64,000 bases of DNA, from positions 736,001 through 800,000 of the forward strand of contig CAXXLX010000001.1 in NCBI GenBank assembly GCA_963665235.2, in the 5' to 3' direction. This DNA is from Candidatus Poribacteria bacterium. Lineage in GTDB: Bacteria; Poribacteria; WGA-4E; WGA-3G. This document shows, piece after piece, positions 29,070-39,839 of the stretch (positions within the stretch are counted from its first letter, which is position 1; each line of letters begins with the position of its first letter). The translations under genes and the position numbers were made by a program. The notes beneath the pieces are model-generated. The model ran no database searches, was not told the origin of the DNA, and saw only the letters and a list, made by a program, of their open reading frames with translations.

Positions 29070-32000
29070 TAAAAGTACTATTTTCCCTTCTAGCGTGTTG
29101 AAATAGGTGTCCAATCCCTGTCGAAATTCTTCGGGTAATACGCGTCCCGCCTTACCTATTGCCTGTTTGGGTGAACGTTTTTCAATAAAAGCTTCTCCGC
29201 TGTCATCACCCTCTCCGGTGAGCCCTAATGCGGCGGCTAATGCTGCGAGTGCTTGCGCGCCACCGCCGGGTGCCCCACCGCCGCCGCCACCGCCGGGTGT
29301 ATTCGGGAGGCGTCGCGTTTCAAGGAGGATTTCAATCACTTCCGAAATAGCGGCGATTGCCTCCGGTCCGGTGTCAGGTCTTGCGAGGATTGATTCAGCT
29401 TCGTCCATAACTTCAGCGGCTCTGCTAACCTTTACAAATTGCCCTTGAATCAGCGGTTCATGTGCGTTCGGCAATAGACTGATTTCGCGTGCTATTTCGA
29501 GGGTATCCTCTGCAAGCTCGTATTGCGTATCGCTTAAGGCATCGCTTCGTTCAAAATATGTATCCGCATTGAGTGCCTCTTTTGCGTGTTCAAGCTCGCG
29601 CGTCTCTTCGCGTAATTGAATTTCGCGATTGAGAACGCGCAACACCTTTAGGATAATTTCTGGGGGTAGGTTCGGCAGATTGACGAGCCCCCCCTGTCCT
29701 GGCTGTCCTTCTGGTAGCGGTCCGACCAGTTGTTCTGCCCAGCGGTCAAGCATATCCGCCAAATATTCCGCCTCTATAGTCGATTGTCCGACAAAATTCC
29801 TGCTAATTGCGTTGGCAAGGTCTCGCATCTGGGTGGCGACAGAGGCATCTTCCATCTCTGCAAGGACACGCAAGTAGTTTGGAGAGGGACGGCGGTCGGT
29901 ATATGCTGACATATCCTGGATAATAGTATTCACTTTTTTCAATTCTGCCGTCTCAAGTTCACCTAAACGTTTCCGTGCGTCCTGATTGTCCGCTGCGTTA
30001 TTTGCGAGACCGAAGCTGTCCAAATTGTTAAGGTCTACCGCAATATCAATCTGTTTTCGGGAGGCGGCTTTCAGCCGTTTGACGAACGTGCTGTTTTCAA
30101 ACCCGACGAGTAGTCTTTTCATCTCATCCGATAACTTAGCAAAGGCATCGAGCAATTCCTGCTGTTCTTCGACAGCTTCTATTACAAGCTCGGATGCCTG
30201 TGGGGTTTCCGTGTCCTGATTCTGGTCTTGGTCGTCCCTGCCGCTTCCTTTTAGGGTAGTGGTCGGAATACTCATTCCGCCGACAATCTGCGGGGGTTGT
30301 CCGCCCGCGGGTTTATCTGCTTTGTTAAATCCTGATTCAACATCTCCTACGCCGGGTGTGGGATTCTTCGGTGAAAACCCCGGTTTTCCCTCTGTTGGCG
30401 GTTTACTCCGGTCCACGCCTGCTCCCTCCCCTTGTTCGTTCGGATCATCGGGTGTTTCATCTGCTGTTTCCGGAATGTTTTTTCCTTCCGGACCATATTT
30501 CTTGATATCATCCTCTGAGCCGCTGGATGCGTTATCTGATTTGCCGGCTGCTGCTGGCTGCTGACTATCAGTTTCTGAAGAGCTCGGATTTTGCTGACTA
30601 CTCCCTTCCGACTGTTGGCTGCTACTCTGGCCCGGGGCTTCAGCTGCTTGGGCAAGTAGGTCCGCGACAGAGGGCATCCGCTTTTCTGCTATTTCCTCTA
30701 ACTGTTTGAGCATTTTAGCCCAGGATTGGAGTCGGTCCGGATCGAATTCATCGTTTTTGGCTGCTTCTTGGAGCAGTTCTCCTCCGGAATCGATGAGGCT
30801 CTCAAGTTTTGCTGCGTTAGCGCGTTCAGCCGCGGCTTGATTCTGTAGTTTTTTGCGCTGTGCGGGGTCATCAAGAGCTTCAGCCGGCAGGTCGCGCAGT
30901 TCACGATTAGTTTGATGTAGTTGCAATTCTTTATCGCGGACATCCTCCGCTGCGCCTGCCCAAAGTTGCATCTGTCCGATAAGCCATTTGAAGTGTTCAG
31001 CGGGTGTCAGCACATGTATTACAAGTTGAGGGGAATAGACGCGTTGACGGTTCGGGAAATAATCTTCCGCAAAAGCCCGCAAACGTAGGCTCTGGGGACG
31101 GACGTTTTCACGTTCTACAGAAAATGTGGCAGGAACAATCAGTGCTTCCGAAGTAGGCGTTCCAGATGATACGGTTTTTTCGCCGCTATCTGGGTTCGGA
31201 TTTTGGATAGGGTTCGGAATACCTTGCCATTCCAAACCGATGTGCTTCACGCCGAAATCATCGCCTGCTTGGAGCTCAAAGGCAAGGACTTCTGTAGAGA
31301 GAATAACCTGATTATGCTTTAGTCTGTTTATAGCGACCGTCGGTGCGACATCGTCTTCCACATCAAACTGTAGCACCTGCGGTTCGCTTGCCGTGAGGCC
31401 AAAGCGGTCTTTCCATGTGAGGTGCATCTCCGTCGTTGTGTCTACCGCTATTGGTTCTGTTATAACACGCGCGCCCGCCACCTGTTGTGGCTGATTGTTT
31501 AGCGTCGCCTCAGCGAGTTCGCGCGTTGTGGTAGCTTCTAACGTGGCAGTACTCCCCTTCACTAAATTGACTATTCCGCCGCGTACGTCTGCTATTTGCG
31601 GTTCATCCCGTTGGAGGTAGTCGGGCAGTTGCACCTTGGCAATGAGTTCTTTAAGTGCAGGTCTTAGCTTCGGTTCGATAGGAATTGCCCGGCGTGCGTC
31701 TCCGATGCGAAGTTTAACGCTGCCATCCTCTGTTTGGGGTGGTACTTGAAATTTGTAGGTCTCGTCCGCTCGGGTCGCAACTATAGGGGTCTGTTTTTCA
31801 TATCGTGCTTCCCCCGATTCAGGTTTCCAGGGTGAGTCATCTTTTAGTCGTGCTTCCACATCAAAAGGTTCAGCGTAGGCTACGACGCGAAGATCCGGTT
31901 CACCTTCCAATTGCGCGAAGGTGTAGCGTGACACGTCCCGCCAGGGAGTTAACCATCGCGCGAAGGTATTCCAGCTCGGCGCGGGAATCAGGAATGCCCC

Positions 32001-32519
32001 GACGATGACAAGAACTATAGGTAAACCTACCACCCATGCCCAACGTCGATGTTGCGGATTCGGGACAGCTTCTAAAAGATTGTGTTTTGCGACCTCTTCG
32101 TCAACTTGACGCATCGCCGCTTCAACCAAGGCAGGGCTTGATACCTGATCAGCCCGGTTTGCAGCCAGTTCCACTATGCCCAGCACGTGGTCACCGAATC
32201 TCGGAAATTTATGTTTTAACAACCGAGCGATGCCCGCTAACTGCCGATGTCGCCACACCCAGTTGTAATATTTCATTGGCAACAGGACGACCATTCCAAC
32301 CATACCAATTAGAAGGATGAAGACACGTAAAAGCGTAGGCGTATCAAACAACCTGTCTAAGCCAAACACAATGAGATACGAAATTATGAGGCCAAAGATT
32401 GCGGATAGTATGCCTTCGGTGAGTTTGATTATCCATACCCGTTTTCGATACCGTTCGAGGGCGTTTTTCATACGCGGGGGTAGGTTGATACTGTTTTCTT
32501 TTGAGTGTGTTGGGTTCAT
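28884..32519 (-). CDS. Large membrane-anchored coiled-coil protein (DUF4175-like) of the MoxR/vWA cluster; tail reads into MITE-D
   Basis: N-terminal TM segments, Ig-like middle (DVAPTV, AGDDFGV), helical part ending LPEEFRQGLDTYF; RBS AAAGGAG before ATG 32519. Confidence 0.82.
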   Translation of the reverse strand: MNPTHSKENSINLPPRMKNALERYRKRVWIIKLTEGILSAIFGLIISYLIVFGLDRLFDTPTLLRVFILLIGMVGMVVLLPMKYYNWVWRHRQLAGIARLLKHKFPRFGDHVLGIVELAANRADQVSSPALVEAAMRQVDEEVAKHNLLEAVPNPQHRRWAWVVGLPIVLVIVGAFLIPAPSWNTFARWLTPWRDVSRYTFAQLEGEPDLRVVAYAEPFDVEARLKDDSPWKPESGEARYEKQTPIVATRADETYKFQVPPQTEDGSVKLRIGDARRAIPIEPKLRPALKELIAKVQLPDYLQRDEPQIADVRGGIVNLVKGSTATLEATTTRELAEATLNNQPQQVAGARVITEPIAVDTTTEMHLTWKDRFGLTASEPQVLQFDVEDDVAPTVAINRLKHNQVILSTEVLAFELQAGDDFGVKHIGLEWQGIPNPIQNPNPDSGEKTVSSGTPTSEALIVPATFSVERENVRPQSLRLRAFAEDYFPNRQRVYSPQLVIHVLTPAEHFKWLIGQMQLWAGAAEDVRDKELQLHQTNRELRDLPAEALDDPAQRKKLQNQAAAERANAAKLESLIDSGGELLQEAAKNDEFDPDRLQSWAKMLKQLEEIAEKRMPSVADLLAQAAEAPGQSSSQQSEGSSQQNPSSSETDSQQPAAAGKSDNASSGSEDDIKKYGPEGKNIPETADETPDDPNEQGEGAGVDRSKPPTEGKPGFSPKNPTPGVGDVESGFNKADKPAGGQPPQIVGGMSIPTTTLKGSGRDDQDQNQDTETPQASELVIEAVEEQQELLDAFAKLSDEMKRLLVGFENSTFVKRLKAASRKQIDIAVDLNNLDSFGLANNAADNQDARKRLGELETAELKKVNTIIQDMSAYTDRRPSPNYLRVLAEMEDASVATQMRDLANAISRNFVGQSTIEAEYLADMLDRWAEQLVGPLPEGQPGQGGLVNLPNLPPEIILKVLRVLNREIQLREETRELEHAKEALNADTYFERSDALSDTQYELAEDTLEIAREISLLPNAHEPLIQGQFVKVSRAAEVMDEAESILARPDTGPEAIAAISEVIEILLETRRLPNTPGGGGGGGAPGGGAQALAALAAALGLTGEGDDSGEAFIEKRSPKQAIGKAGRVLPEEFRQGLDTYFNTLEGKIVLLLNFGPILGRHNVLVKRIGGRVEEWKVEEGKRVLTRSRDRLSITILLLTANGFHKPMVSNIL

Positions 32520-32662
32520 AAGAGGTTTCGCTCCTTTAAACTCAGACTTATGCGTATAAGCATGCATTTATCTGGTTTGAAATTTCTATTTTCCTCATCC
32601 TTGTCTGCAATGTAAGCTCGGACAAGATATGCATTAGTAGACATTATGCCGATTTAATTGTT

Positions 32663-32732
32663 GTAGGGGCGGGGTCTTCCCACCCTGTTTCGTTAGGAGT
32701 CACTGGGCGTAGGGGCGGGGTCTCCCCGCCCG
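32663..32732 (+). repeat. Two GTAG-type REP hairpins
   Basis: GTAGGGGCGGGGTCTTCCCACCCT (32663) and GTAGGGGCGGGGTCTCCCCGCCC (32709). Confidence 0.85.
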
Positions 32733-32761
32733 AAATGTCTAGTGTTTTACGTCATTGCTAT

Positions 32762-32995
32762 TCACTCTTCGGTTTCTTCCAAAACCTGTTCGAAGTCTTC
32801 GGGCGTATTCGCCAACGGCGCAGCGCGGAGCAGTGCCGCAAGCTGCTGCGGGTCGTCGATTTGCTCCAATGCGGGTTTAAAGCGAAGGGCAGCATCGAAC
32901 TGCAAGCGAAGGGTTAACACATCAAAGATGCTTTGCTGTCATGCTTCCGCTGCGGCTTTCTCTGTTAGGTGCCGGATAATATCTAATTCGTACAT
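32762..32995 (-). pseudogene. Small DUF4351/Rpn C-terminal-like gene with an in-frame TGA at codon 19
   Basis: RBS AAAGGAGG, then MYELDIIRHLTEKAAAEA*QQSIFDVLTLRLQFDAALRFKPALEQIDDPQQLAALLRAAPLANTPEDFEQVLEETEE (manual translation). Confidence 0.65.
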
Positions 32996-33272
32996 CGTCT
33001 CCTCCTTTACAATAGCTAAAATCATCATTGGCGATTAGCGATTGGCGATTGGCAATTAGCAAGAGGTTTGTGATTCTAAGAACATATCTGAAGCGCGTCA
33101 AAGTTCTCTTTCTCTTGCTATACGTTTCTAACGGTTTCCATGAGCTAACAGCCATAATGCTGTAACATATCGTCCCTACAAAATTAGGAGAAGAAGCAGA
33201 AACACCTGCACCTAGGCAGCCAGCCGGTTCCTCATACTAGGGAAAACTTTTTCCAAACTCACGTTAATATTA

Positions 33273-33558
33273 TACCATTTCTAATTGAAAATGTCTCTTT
33301 ATTGTAGCATAAACTTCCAGTTTGTGTTCTTTCTTAGTAGCATAAACTTCCAGTTTGTGTTCTTTCTAGTAGCATAAACTTCCAGTTCTTTTTGTGTTCT
33401 TTCTAGTAGCCTAAACTTCCAGTTTGTGCTGTTCTTTAAACTTCCGTAGCCTAAACTTCCAGTTTGTGTTCTTTCTAGTAGCATAAACTTCCAGTTTGTG
33501 CCGTTCTCCGTTTCATTTCCAACAACCGGTAATGATAGAATAATTAATAAAAATGGTA
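33273..33558 (+). mobile_element. MITE-B with about 6 irregular REP hairpin copies
   Basis: TACCATTT...AAATGGTA with TTA duplicated on both sides. Confidence 0.88.
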
Positions 33559-33639
33559 TTACTAGTTGGTAGTAGGGCGATTCATCGCCCGTCGCAGGAG
33601 CTGGGCAAACAGTTCCCCGCTCCTTAAGGACGATATGTT

Positions 33640-33912
33640 TATAGAGGCACAAACCGCCCTCGTCTCTTAGTCTCATCGGGACGGTATGTTTATAGGCACC
33701 TAGGTTTCTGCCCGCCTCAAAAAAACTGAACCTATAATCACAAAACTTCTATTGTTACGCAGCCTGAACTCCGCGTTCCCTGCGTTTTCCGCGATAATCC
33801 GCGATTCAGACAACACCCGCTAAATCCACCCTTCCACCCTTCCACCCTTCCACCCTTCCACTCTTCCACTTGACAAAAACTTCACGCCTCCCTAAAATTG
33901 TCCAAAGTTTAG
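33640..33912 (+). mobile_element. MITE-D right-end fragment (left boundary approximate)
   Basis: CTTCCAC repeats, TTGACA-N17-TAAAAT, ends TGTCCAAAGTTTAG; supplies the TAA of the adjacent gene. Confidence 0.7.
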
Positions 33913-35751
33913 TCATTTTTGGGTAAACCTAAAAATTGATACGGGTCAATACCGGCTTCATCATAAGGTACGAGTTTGATATCATCTGGCACGTCTTTTT
34001 CGGTAAAAGGTTTGCCCTGTTCTGCCAATGCCTTGATGATACCTTGTAGGCGTATGCATGTCTTTGGGTCTCCGCTTAATCCGGAGAGGGTGCCGGACTC
34101 AGACCATTCAACATAAGCAGTGCCGGGGGTGTTAATATAGACCAACCCATTTTTCATGGTCATCCCTGTAATCTCTTTTTCCTCCGAGGCAAGTTTTATG
34201 CGAATCCGTTGCATAAGTTCAAATTCGGCAGATTCACAGGGCCAGTATTTGACATCTGCCGGCCAGGTATCCGGAATAGGCGGGTATGGCCCGAAACCGA
34301 AAGGTGATTCAAGTGTCGGGTCAATGTCCATATCCGTGTTGTCCGCTTCGGCGGGTATTGTGGAGAGCACGCCATCTTTTTCAATAACCGCGTGCCGCGC
34401 TATCTCCCAAGATGGACTTCTAGGTCCGGTGGTTTGCCACTTTCCATCCCGATGTAAGAGGATAACGTAATCTTTTTCCGTGTCTGGCAGCCTATCAGGT
34501 CTGATTTCAAAGGTTGTCCAGTTCGTGTATGTGACAGGTTCACCGCCATCCCATTTCCATTCACCCTCTTTTTCTACATCTGTAAGTCCAATCCAAAAAG
34601 AGTGGCTTCCGAATGCGCCCTCAAGCCAATGTTGTTCAGCTTCATCGTTGATAGTGACGAGATGCGCCTCCTCTTTAATAGCGCGTTGGCGTGCATCGTG
34701 CCAGTGCTCACACGGAATTTTTTTGTAAGCGTGCCCATTCGCCGGATTAATGACCCAGACGCTGTTTGCTTCCTGTAGCTGGAAGGGGAGTTGTCCATCA
34801 ACTTCAGCTTCAGCTGCTGACAGGTTATCCGGGTTGCGCGGTTTAGCAACATCCGCTTTGTTCCCATCTAATTTTAAGACCAATTTATCAGGGGCAACCG
34901 TATCGTTGAGTAAAAATGGGCCCGCGCCTGTTGATAGATTTCGGTATTCAATTGCAACCGTATAATGTCCTGGGTCATCAGCGATATATTGTAAAATATC
35001 CATCTGCATCGGTAGAATCTTCGACCGTAGAGGTGGAGCGTCGATTCCCCCGTTCATCGGAAAGCAGGATATTAAACTTTACCTCAGCGTTCGCGAGCGG
35101 GGTGCCATCGGCATAAACGATATGCCCCTGAATTTGCAACCGGGCAAAGACAGTGATTTTGACGTTTTCAACGGCCACACCGGGCTTTAAGGCAAATGTG
35201 AACCCCTGAAACAGGTTCTGTCCCTTCGGGTCGTTCAGAAAGGTTACATCTCCAAACTGAATAGAGATGAATTCCCTATCCGGTTCACTGTCTTCCTGAC
35301 GTTGCAGCTCTGCAAGTATTTCGGGGGGTACCTCAACGCCTTCCGGAAGGTCAGCAAGTTCAGGGTCTAAATTCACGGTAGGTTCAAAGTTGATTCGGAG
35401 GAAACCTGGTTGGATGTTGCTAATCTTGAAATTCCCTTCCGAATCGGTTTTGACCTGCTGAGGTAACGCTTGTATAGCAATCAATTCTCTTGGCTGTTTC
35501 ATCTCCTCAGGGAGTTCTTGAAAAAACCTTTGAAACTCAGCTGCTGGCACAAGATGTCCCTCAAATTCAACCATCGGCTCCAGGGTGAAGGTGCATTCCG
35601 GAACAGGTTTTCCTGCCGTATCAACAACCTTACCAGACATTCCACTCAATTCGTTTTGTAGAGGCACTTCTGCTGCTGCGAAGACGATTACGGTAAACAG
35701 GAATATCAGTGTCAATATTGTAAGTTTTCGTGTTGTGTCAATACATTTCAT
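33909..35751 (-). pseudogene. Carboxypeptidase-regulatory-like + C-type lectin protein split by a frameshift near 34990
   Basis: ORFs 34978-35751 and 33909-35057 join to match paralog 36312-37634 (DGYF|...DDPGHYTV versus GRFVRYLDSPGHYTV); lectin motifs HLVTINDEAEQ, FWIGLTD, W.W..GEP.TYTNW. Could be a sequencing indel. Confidence 0.75.
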
Positions 35752-35784
35752 TTTTTAATATTTCCTTGCGGTTTGATAAGGATT

Positions 35785-36297
35785 CTATAGTTTGGACAAT
35801 TTCTGTGAGGTTGATGCCTGATTTGCAAAGCATTTCTGATTTTGTTCACAGTTGTTCAAACACATACAAATAGGAGAAAAATAGACTCCGATGTGCCGAA
35901 GCGCAGCCCCATCGGGGCGGTATGTTTATAGCAAACGCAACCACCCCACAACCTAGCCCCATCGGGGCGATATGTTTATAGAATGTTGGCTTATGGCGAT
36001 TGGCTTATGGAAACCAATGGCAAGAGGTTGTAATTCTAATCAACGCTTTGACGCGCGTCAGAGGGTTCGGAATACTCTCTTGCTAATTGCTAATTGCTAA
36101 GTGCCAAATCCGTGTAATCCGCGATTCGCACAAAAAAACGCAACATCCCTTAATCCCAAAACCTTGATGCCCACACCTCTTAAAATCCGCGAAATCCGTG
36201 TAATCCGTGTAATCCGCGATTCGCACAAAAAACGCGAAATCTAATCTTCCACCCTTCCACCCTTCCACCTATCCCCTTTGAATTGTCCAAGGTTTAG
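35785..36297 (+). mobile_element. MITE-D, both ends present, no matching TSD
   Basis: CTATAGTTTGGACAATT...AATTGTCCAAGGTTTAG. Confidence 0.8.
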
Positions 36298-36311
36298 TCC
36301 TATAATGATAC

Positions 36312-37634
36312 TCAACGCTTTTTGCTATCACCGTTAGACTTCGAGGACTCAGCGATAGGTATCTCTTTTTCGAGCACAGCTTTTTTCGTCATGCGTTCGA
36401 CGAGACCGCCTTTTCGCACTGTCTGCCACTTCCCGGTGAATCCGATAAGGACGGTGTAATTTTTGCCCGTATCGTTATCCTCACCATCATCGGTCTGCCC
36501 TGAAGGGTTCCAATTGGTATAAGTAAGCGGTTCTCCGTTATCCCAACGCTGTTGCTCCTGTTTCAAACCATCTGTCAATCCTATCCAAAAATTTTGTTTT
36601 CCAAAGACAGCACGGAGCCAGTCCTGTTCTGCTTTGTCATTGATAGTGACGAGATATGCGTTTTCAGCCGTAGCGCGTTGCACTGCTTCCTCACGGGTCC
36701 GACAAGAAATCTGTTTATAAACGTGCCGATTTTGCGGATTGCCTATCCACACCCCAGCGAGCCGCCGCTGTCTTGCGGCCTTTTGAGCTTCCGGGTCGAA
36801 TCTGCGCGCAGGATTGGGTTTAGGTTTGGGTTTAGGCGGTGCTACGGGTTTCCTAACGTTATCCGTAGACTCCCGCTTAGGCGGATTCGGTTCACCCTTC
36901 AACGTTAGGACAAGTCCATCAAGACGTTGTCCATCCTCAAGTAAAATCTCTTGGGACGTTGCGACCTGTCCGTGATGGGACACAGAGACGGTGTAATGGC
37001 CGGGGCTATCTAGGTATCGCACAAAGCGACCTTCTGCATCAAGCCTTGCCGTTCCAGTACTTCTCCCAGTGTTGCCGTACTTATCACGGGAATTTGTTCT
37101 AAAGTCAACATGTGTGTTGCGAAGCGGAGTGCCATCGGCGAGCAGCACTTGCCCACGGATACGCATCCGGGGCCGAACCGTAATTTTTACGTTCTTAATA
37201 TCAGCCCCAGGTGCAATCACAAACGCAGGACCAGGACTCTCCCGCTCCCAATGAGGCATGCGACCGCTAACATTGAACGAAATTCCCTCAATTTCGACGC
37301 GGATAACATCATAATCGGGTTCGGGGCCTATCGGGAACAGTGTTAATTTCGTCACAGAAGATGGCGTGATATTTGCTATTGAGAACGCACCGGTTTCATC
37401 TGTTCGGCTTGGCTGCGGCTGTGGAAAGACCGGCTCAGGGTCGGACATCTGTCGTCCCGGAATCGAGGTGCCCTTAAATGACCGAACGGTTACGATAATG
37501 CCCGGAACCGGTGTTCCCTCATTATCAACGATTTTGCCTGAGAAGGTTGCGGCAGTGCCCGGGAGGGATGTTGTCAGTAAAAGCACAACACTTACCACAA
37601 ACATGACGAAAGGGGTAGAATCAAAATATTTCAT
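36312..37634 (-). CDS. Secreted carboxypeptidase-regulatory-like + C-type lectin domain protein
   Basis: Signal peptide, two G.V...G.P beta-sandwich repeats, Pro-rich linker, YLVTINDKAEQ...FWIGLTD...YTNW; RBS GGAGG. Confidence 0.85.
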   Translation of the reverse strand: MKYFDSTPFVMFVVSVVLLLTTSLPGTAATFSGKIVDNEGTPVPGIIVTVRSFKGTSIPGRQMSDPEPVFPQPQPSRTDETGAFSIANITPSSVTKLTLFPIGPEPDYDVIRVEIEGISFNVSGRMPHWERESPGPAFVIAPGADIKNVKITVRPRMRIRGQVLLADGTPLRNTHVDFRTNSRDKYGNTGRSTGTARLDAEGRFVRYLDSPGHYTVSVSHHGQVATSQEILLEDGQRLDGLVLTLKGEPNPPKRESTDNVRKPVAPPKPKPKPNPARRFDPEAQKAARQRRLAGVWIGNPQNRHVYKQISCRTREEAVQRATAENAYLVTINDKAEQDWLRAVFGKQNFWIGLTDGLKQEQQRWDNGEPLTYTNWNPSGQTDDGEDNDTGKNYTVLIGFTGKWQTVRKGGLVERMTKKAVLEKEIPIAESSKSNGDSKKR

Positions 37635-37987
37635 AGTGTACACCTCCGTTAAATGTTACACTTTTTGACACAAAGTGTGACATCCACTTTTGGGTTTTGA
37701 GTTCGCATGAACTCACTGCCCATCTATCTTTGTAGGCGTTGGACACCCGATTTTCACGATTTTGAAAAAAACGAAATGTCACACTTTCGCTAAAAAGTTT
37801 TGGTATTCTGTCATGTTAGTTGCGAACCGTCTCATTTTTCTTCAAAAAAACGCGCATGTCAAAGGGGTCGCAGTTGTTTTTAATGAAGACAATGGCCACA
37901 CAAGTTAAACGTTTTCGTTAACACTCATTCTTTACATGAGCCTGTGAGCGGTGGCTCTTGGGGCCTTCATAACTCGGTTCCAACTTA

Positions 37988-38870
37988 TACCATTTCTAAT
38001 TGAAAATGTCTCTTTCTAGTAGCCTAAACTTCCAGTTTGTGCTTTGTAGTAGCCTAAACTTCCAGTTTGTTCTTTGTAGTAGCCTAAACTTCCAGTTTGT
38101 TCTTTGTAGTAGCCTAAACTTCCAGTTTGTTCTTTGTAGTAGCCTAAACTTCCAGTTGTGTAGCCTAAACTTCCAGTTTGTTCTTTGTAGTAGCCTAAAC
38201 TTCCAGTTTGTTCTTTGTAGTAGCCTAAACTTCCAGTTTGTTCTTTGTAGTAGCCTAAACTTCCAGTTTGTTCTTTGTAGTAGCCTAAACTTCCAGTTTG
38301 TTCTTTGTAGTAGCCTAAACTTCCAGTTTGTTCTTTGTAGTAGCCTAAACTTCCAGTTTGTTCTTTGTAGTAGCCTAAACTTCCAGTTTGTTCTTTGTAG
38401 TAGCCTAAACTTCCAGTTTGTTCTTTGTAGTAGCCTAAACTTCCAGTTTGTTCTTTGTAGTAGCCTAAACTTCCAGTTTGTTCTTTGTAGTAGCCTAAAC
38501 TTCCAGTTTGTTCTTTGTAGTAGCCTAAACTTCCAGTTTGTTCTTTGTAGTAGCCTAAACTTCCAGTTTGTTCTTTGTAGTAGCCTAAACTTCCAGTTTG
38601 TTCTTTGTAGTAGCCTAAACTTCCAGTTTGTTCTTTGTAGTAGCCTAAACTTCCAGTTTGTTCTTTGTAGTAGCCTAAACTTCCAGTTTGTGCTTTATTG
38701 TAGCATAAACTTCCAGTTTGTGCTTTATTGTAGCATAAACTTCCAGTTTGTGCTTTATTGTAGCATAAACTTCCAGTTTGTGCGTTCTAGTAGCATAAAC
38801 TTCCAGTTTGTGCCGTTCTCCGTTTCATTTCTAACAACTAGTAATGGTAGAATAATTAATAAAAATGGTA
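37988..38870 (+). mobile_element. MITE-B expanded by a 27-copy, 30-bp REP hairpin array (about 38017-38813)
   Basis: TACCATTT...AAATGGTA (flanks TTA/TAA); unit TAGTAGCCTAAACTTCCAGTTTGTTCTTTG. Confidence 0.9.
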
Positions 38871-39040
38871 TAATATGCGGGGGGCAATCGCTGTTTCTAT
38901 AAATATATCGTCCTTAAGGAGCGGGAAACCGTTTGCCCGAATACTGGGACTAATATGCGGGGGGCAATCGCTGTTTCTATAAATATATCGTCCTTAAGGA
39001 GCGGGAAACCGTTTGCCCGAATACTGGGACTAATATGCGG
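38871..39040 (+). repeat. 80-bp tandem duplication of a CTATAAA...GGAGCGGG..CCCGAATACTGG repeat module
   Basis: TAATATGCGG recurs at 38871, 38951 and 39031; related modules near 46070-46120, 33590-33645 (inverted) and 584-610 (inverted). Confidence 0.85.
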
Positions 39041-39189
39041 GCGGCAACGGTTTCTTCTATAAACATATCGTCACTCACGTTTCGAGATAGGTGTGGCTTA
39101 ACCCTACCCTTGCAATTCATTCTTGCGAAAGCGCAGCCACAACCGGCAGCAACTATCAACCCAGATGAAATATACTTGCAATTCATTTT

Positions 39190-39837
39190 TGCGAAAGCGC
39201 AGCCCCAGCGGGGCGGTATATTTATAGCAACCGCGAACGACACATAAACTAGCCCCATCGGGGCGATATGTTTATAGAATATTGGCTGTTGGTTTATGGT
39301 TATTGGAAACCATTAGCAAGATGTTGTGATTCTAAAATGCGCTTTGACGCGCTCCAGATTTCTCTTTCTCTGGTTTCCAATTGCCAATTGCTAATTGCCA
39401 ATTGCTAAATTGCGATATGTTTATAGATTTTAGCCAACCCCTCTTTTTCCGCGTTCTCCGCGTCCTCTGTGTAATCCGCGATTCAGACAACACCCGCGAA
39501 ATCCCCTCTTCCATCCTTCCCTTCTTCCTTCTTCCACCCTTCCATTCTTCCCCTCTTCCATCCTTCCCTTCTTCCTTCTTCCACCCTTCCATCCTTCCCT
39601 TCTTCCCCTCTTCCATCCTTCCATCCTTCCCTTCTTCCTTCTTCCACCCTTCCATTCTTCCCCTCTTCCATCCTTCCCTTCTTCCCTTCTTCCACCCTTC
39701 CCTTCTTCCTTCTTCCACCCTTCCATTCTTCCCCTCTTCCATCCTTCCCTTCTTCCCTTCTTCCCCCTTCCACTTCTTCCATTCTTCCCCTCTTCCATTC
39801 TTCCACCTATCCCTTTGACTAATTGTCCAAAGTTTAG
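39190..39837 (+). mobile_element. MITE-D right part with an approximately 300-bp polypyrimidine tract (left boundary approximate)
   Basis: Ends AATTGTCCAAAGTTTAG; body nearly identical, inverted, to 59409-59790; CTTCC-based tract at 39503-39813. Confidence 0.8.
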
Positions 39838-39839
39838 AA

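Noticed and set aside
32939-32941. Selenocysteine recoding of the in-frame TGA
   Set aside because: No redox motif context and no recognisable SECIS; a CGA-to-TGA mutation is simpler.
9961-38813. Palindromic 27-50 bp repeat arrays as CRISPR arrays
   Set aside because: Units are directly contiguous with no unique spacers, and no cas genes are in the window.
38000-38902. 300-aa ORF of SSLNFQFVLC repeats, and similar ORFs at 790-1124, 9956-10521, 39332-39909 and 59416-59700
   Set aside because: They are open only because the DNA repeats lack stops in that frame; they lie inside MITEs and show no RBS or domain signal.
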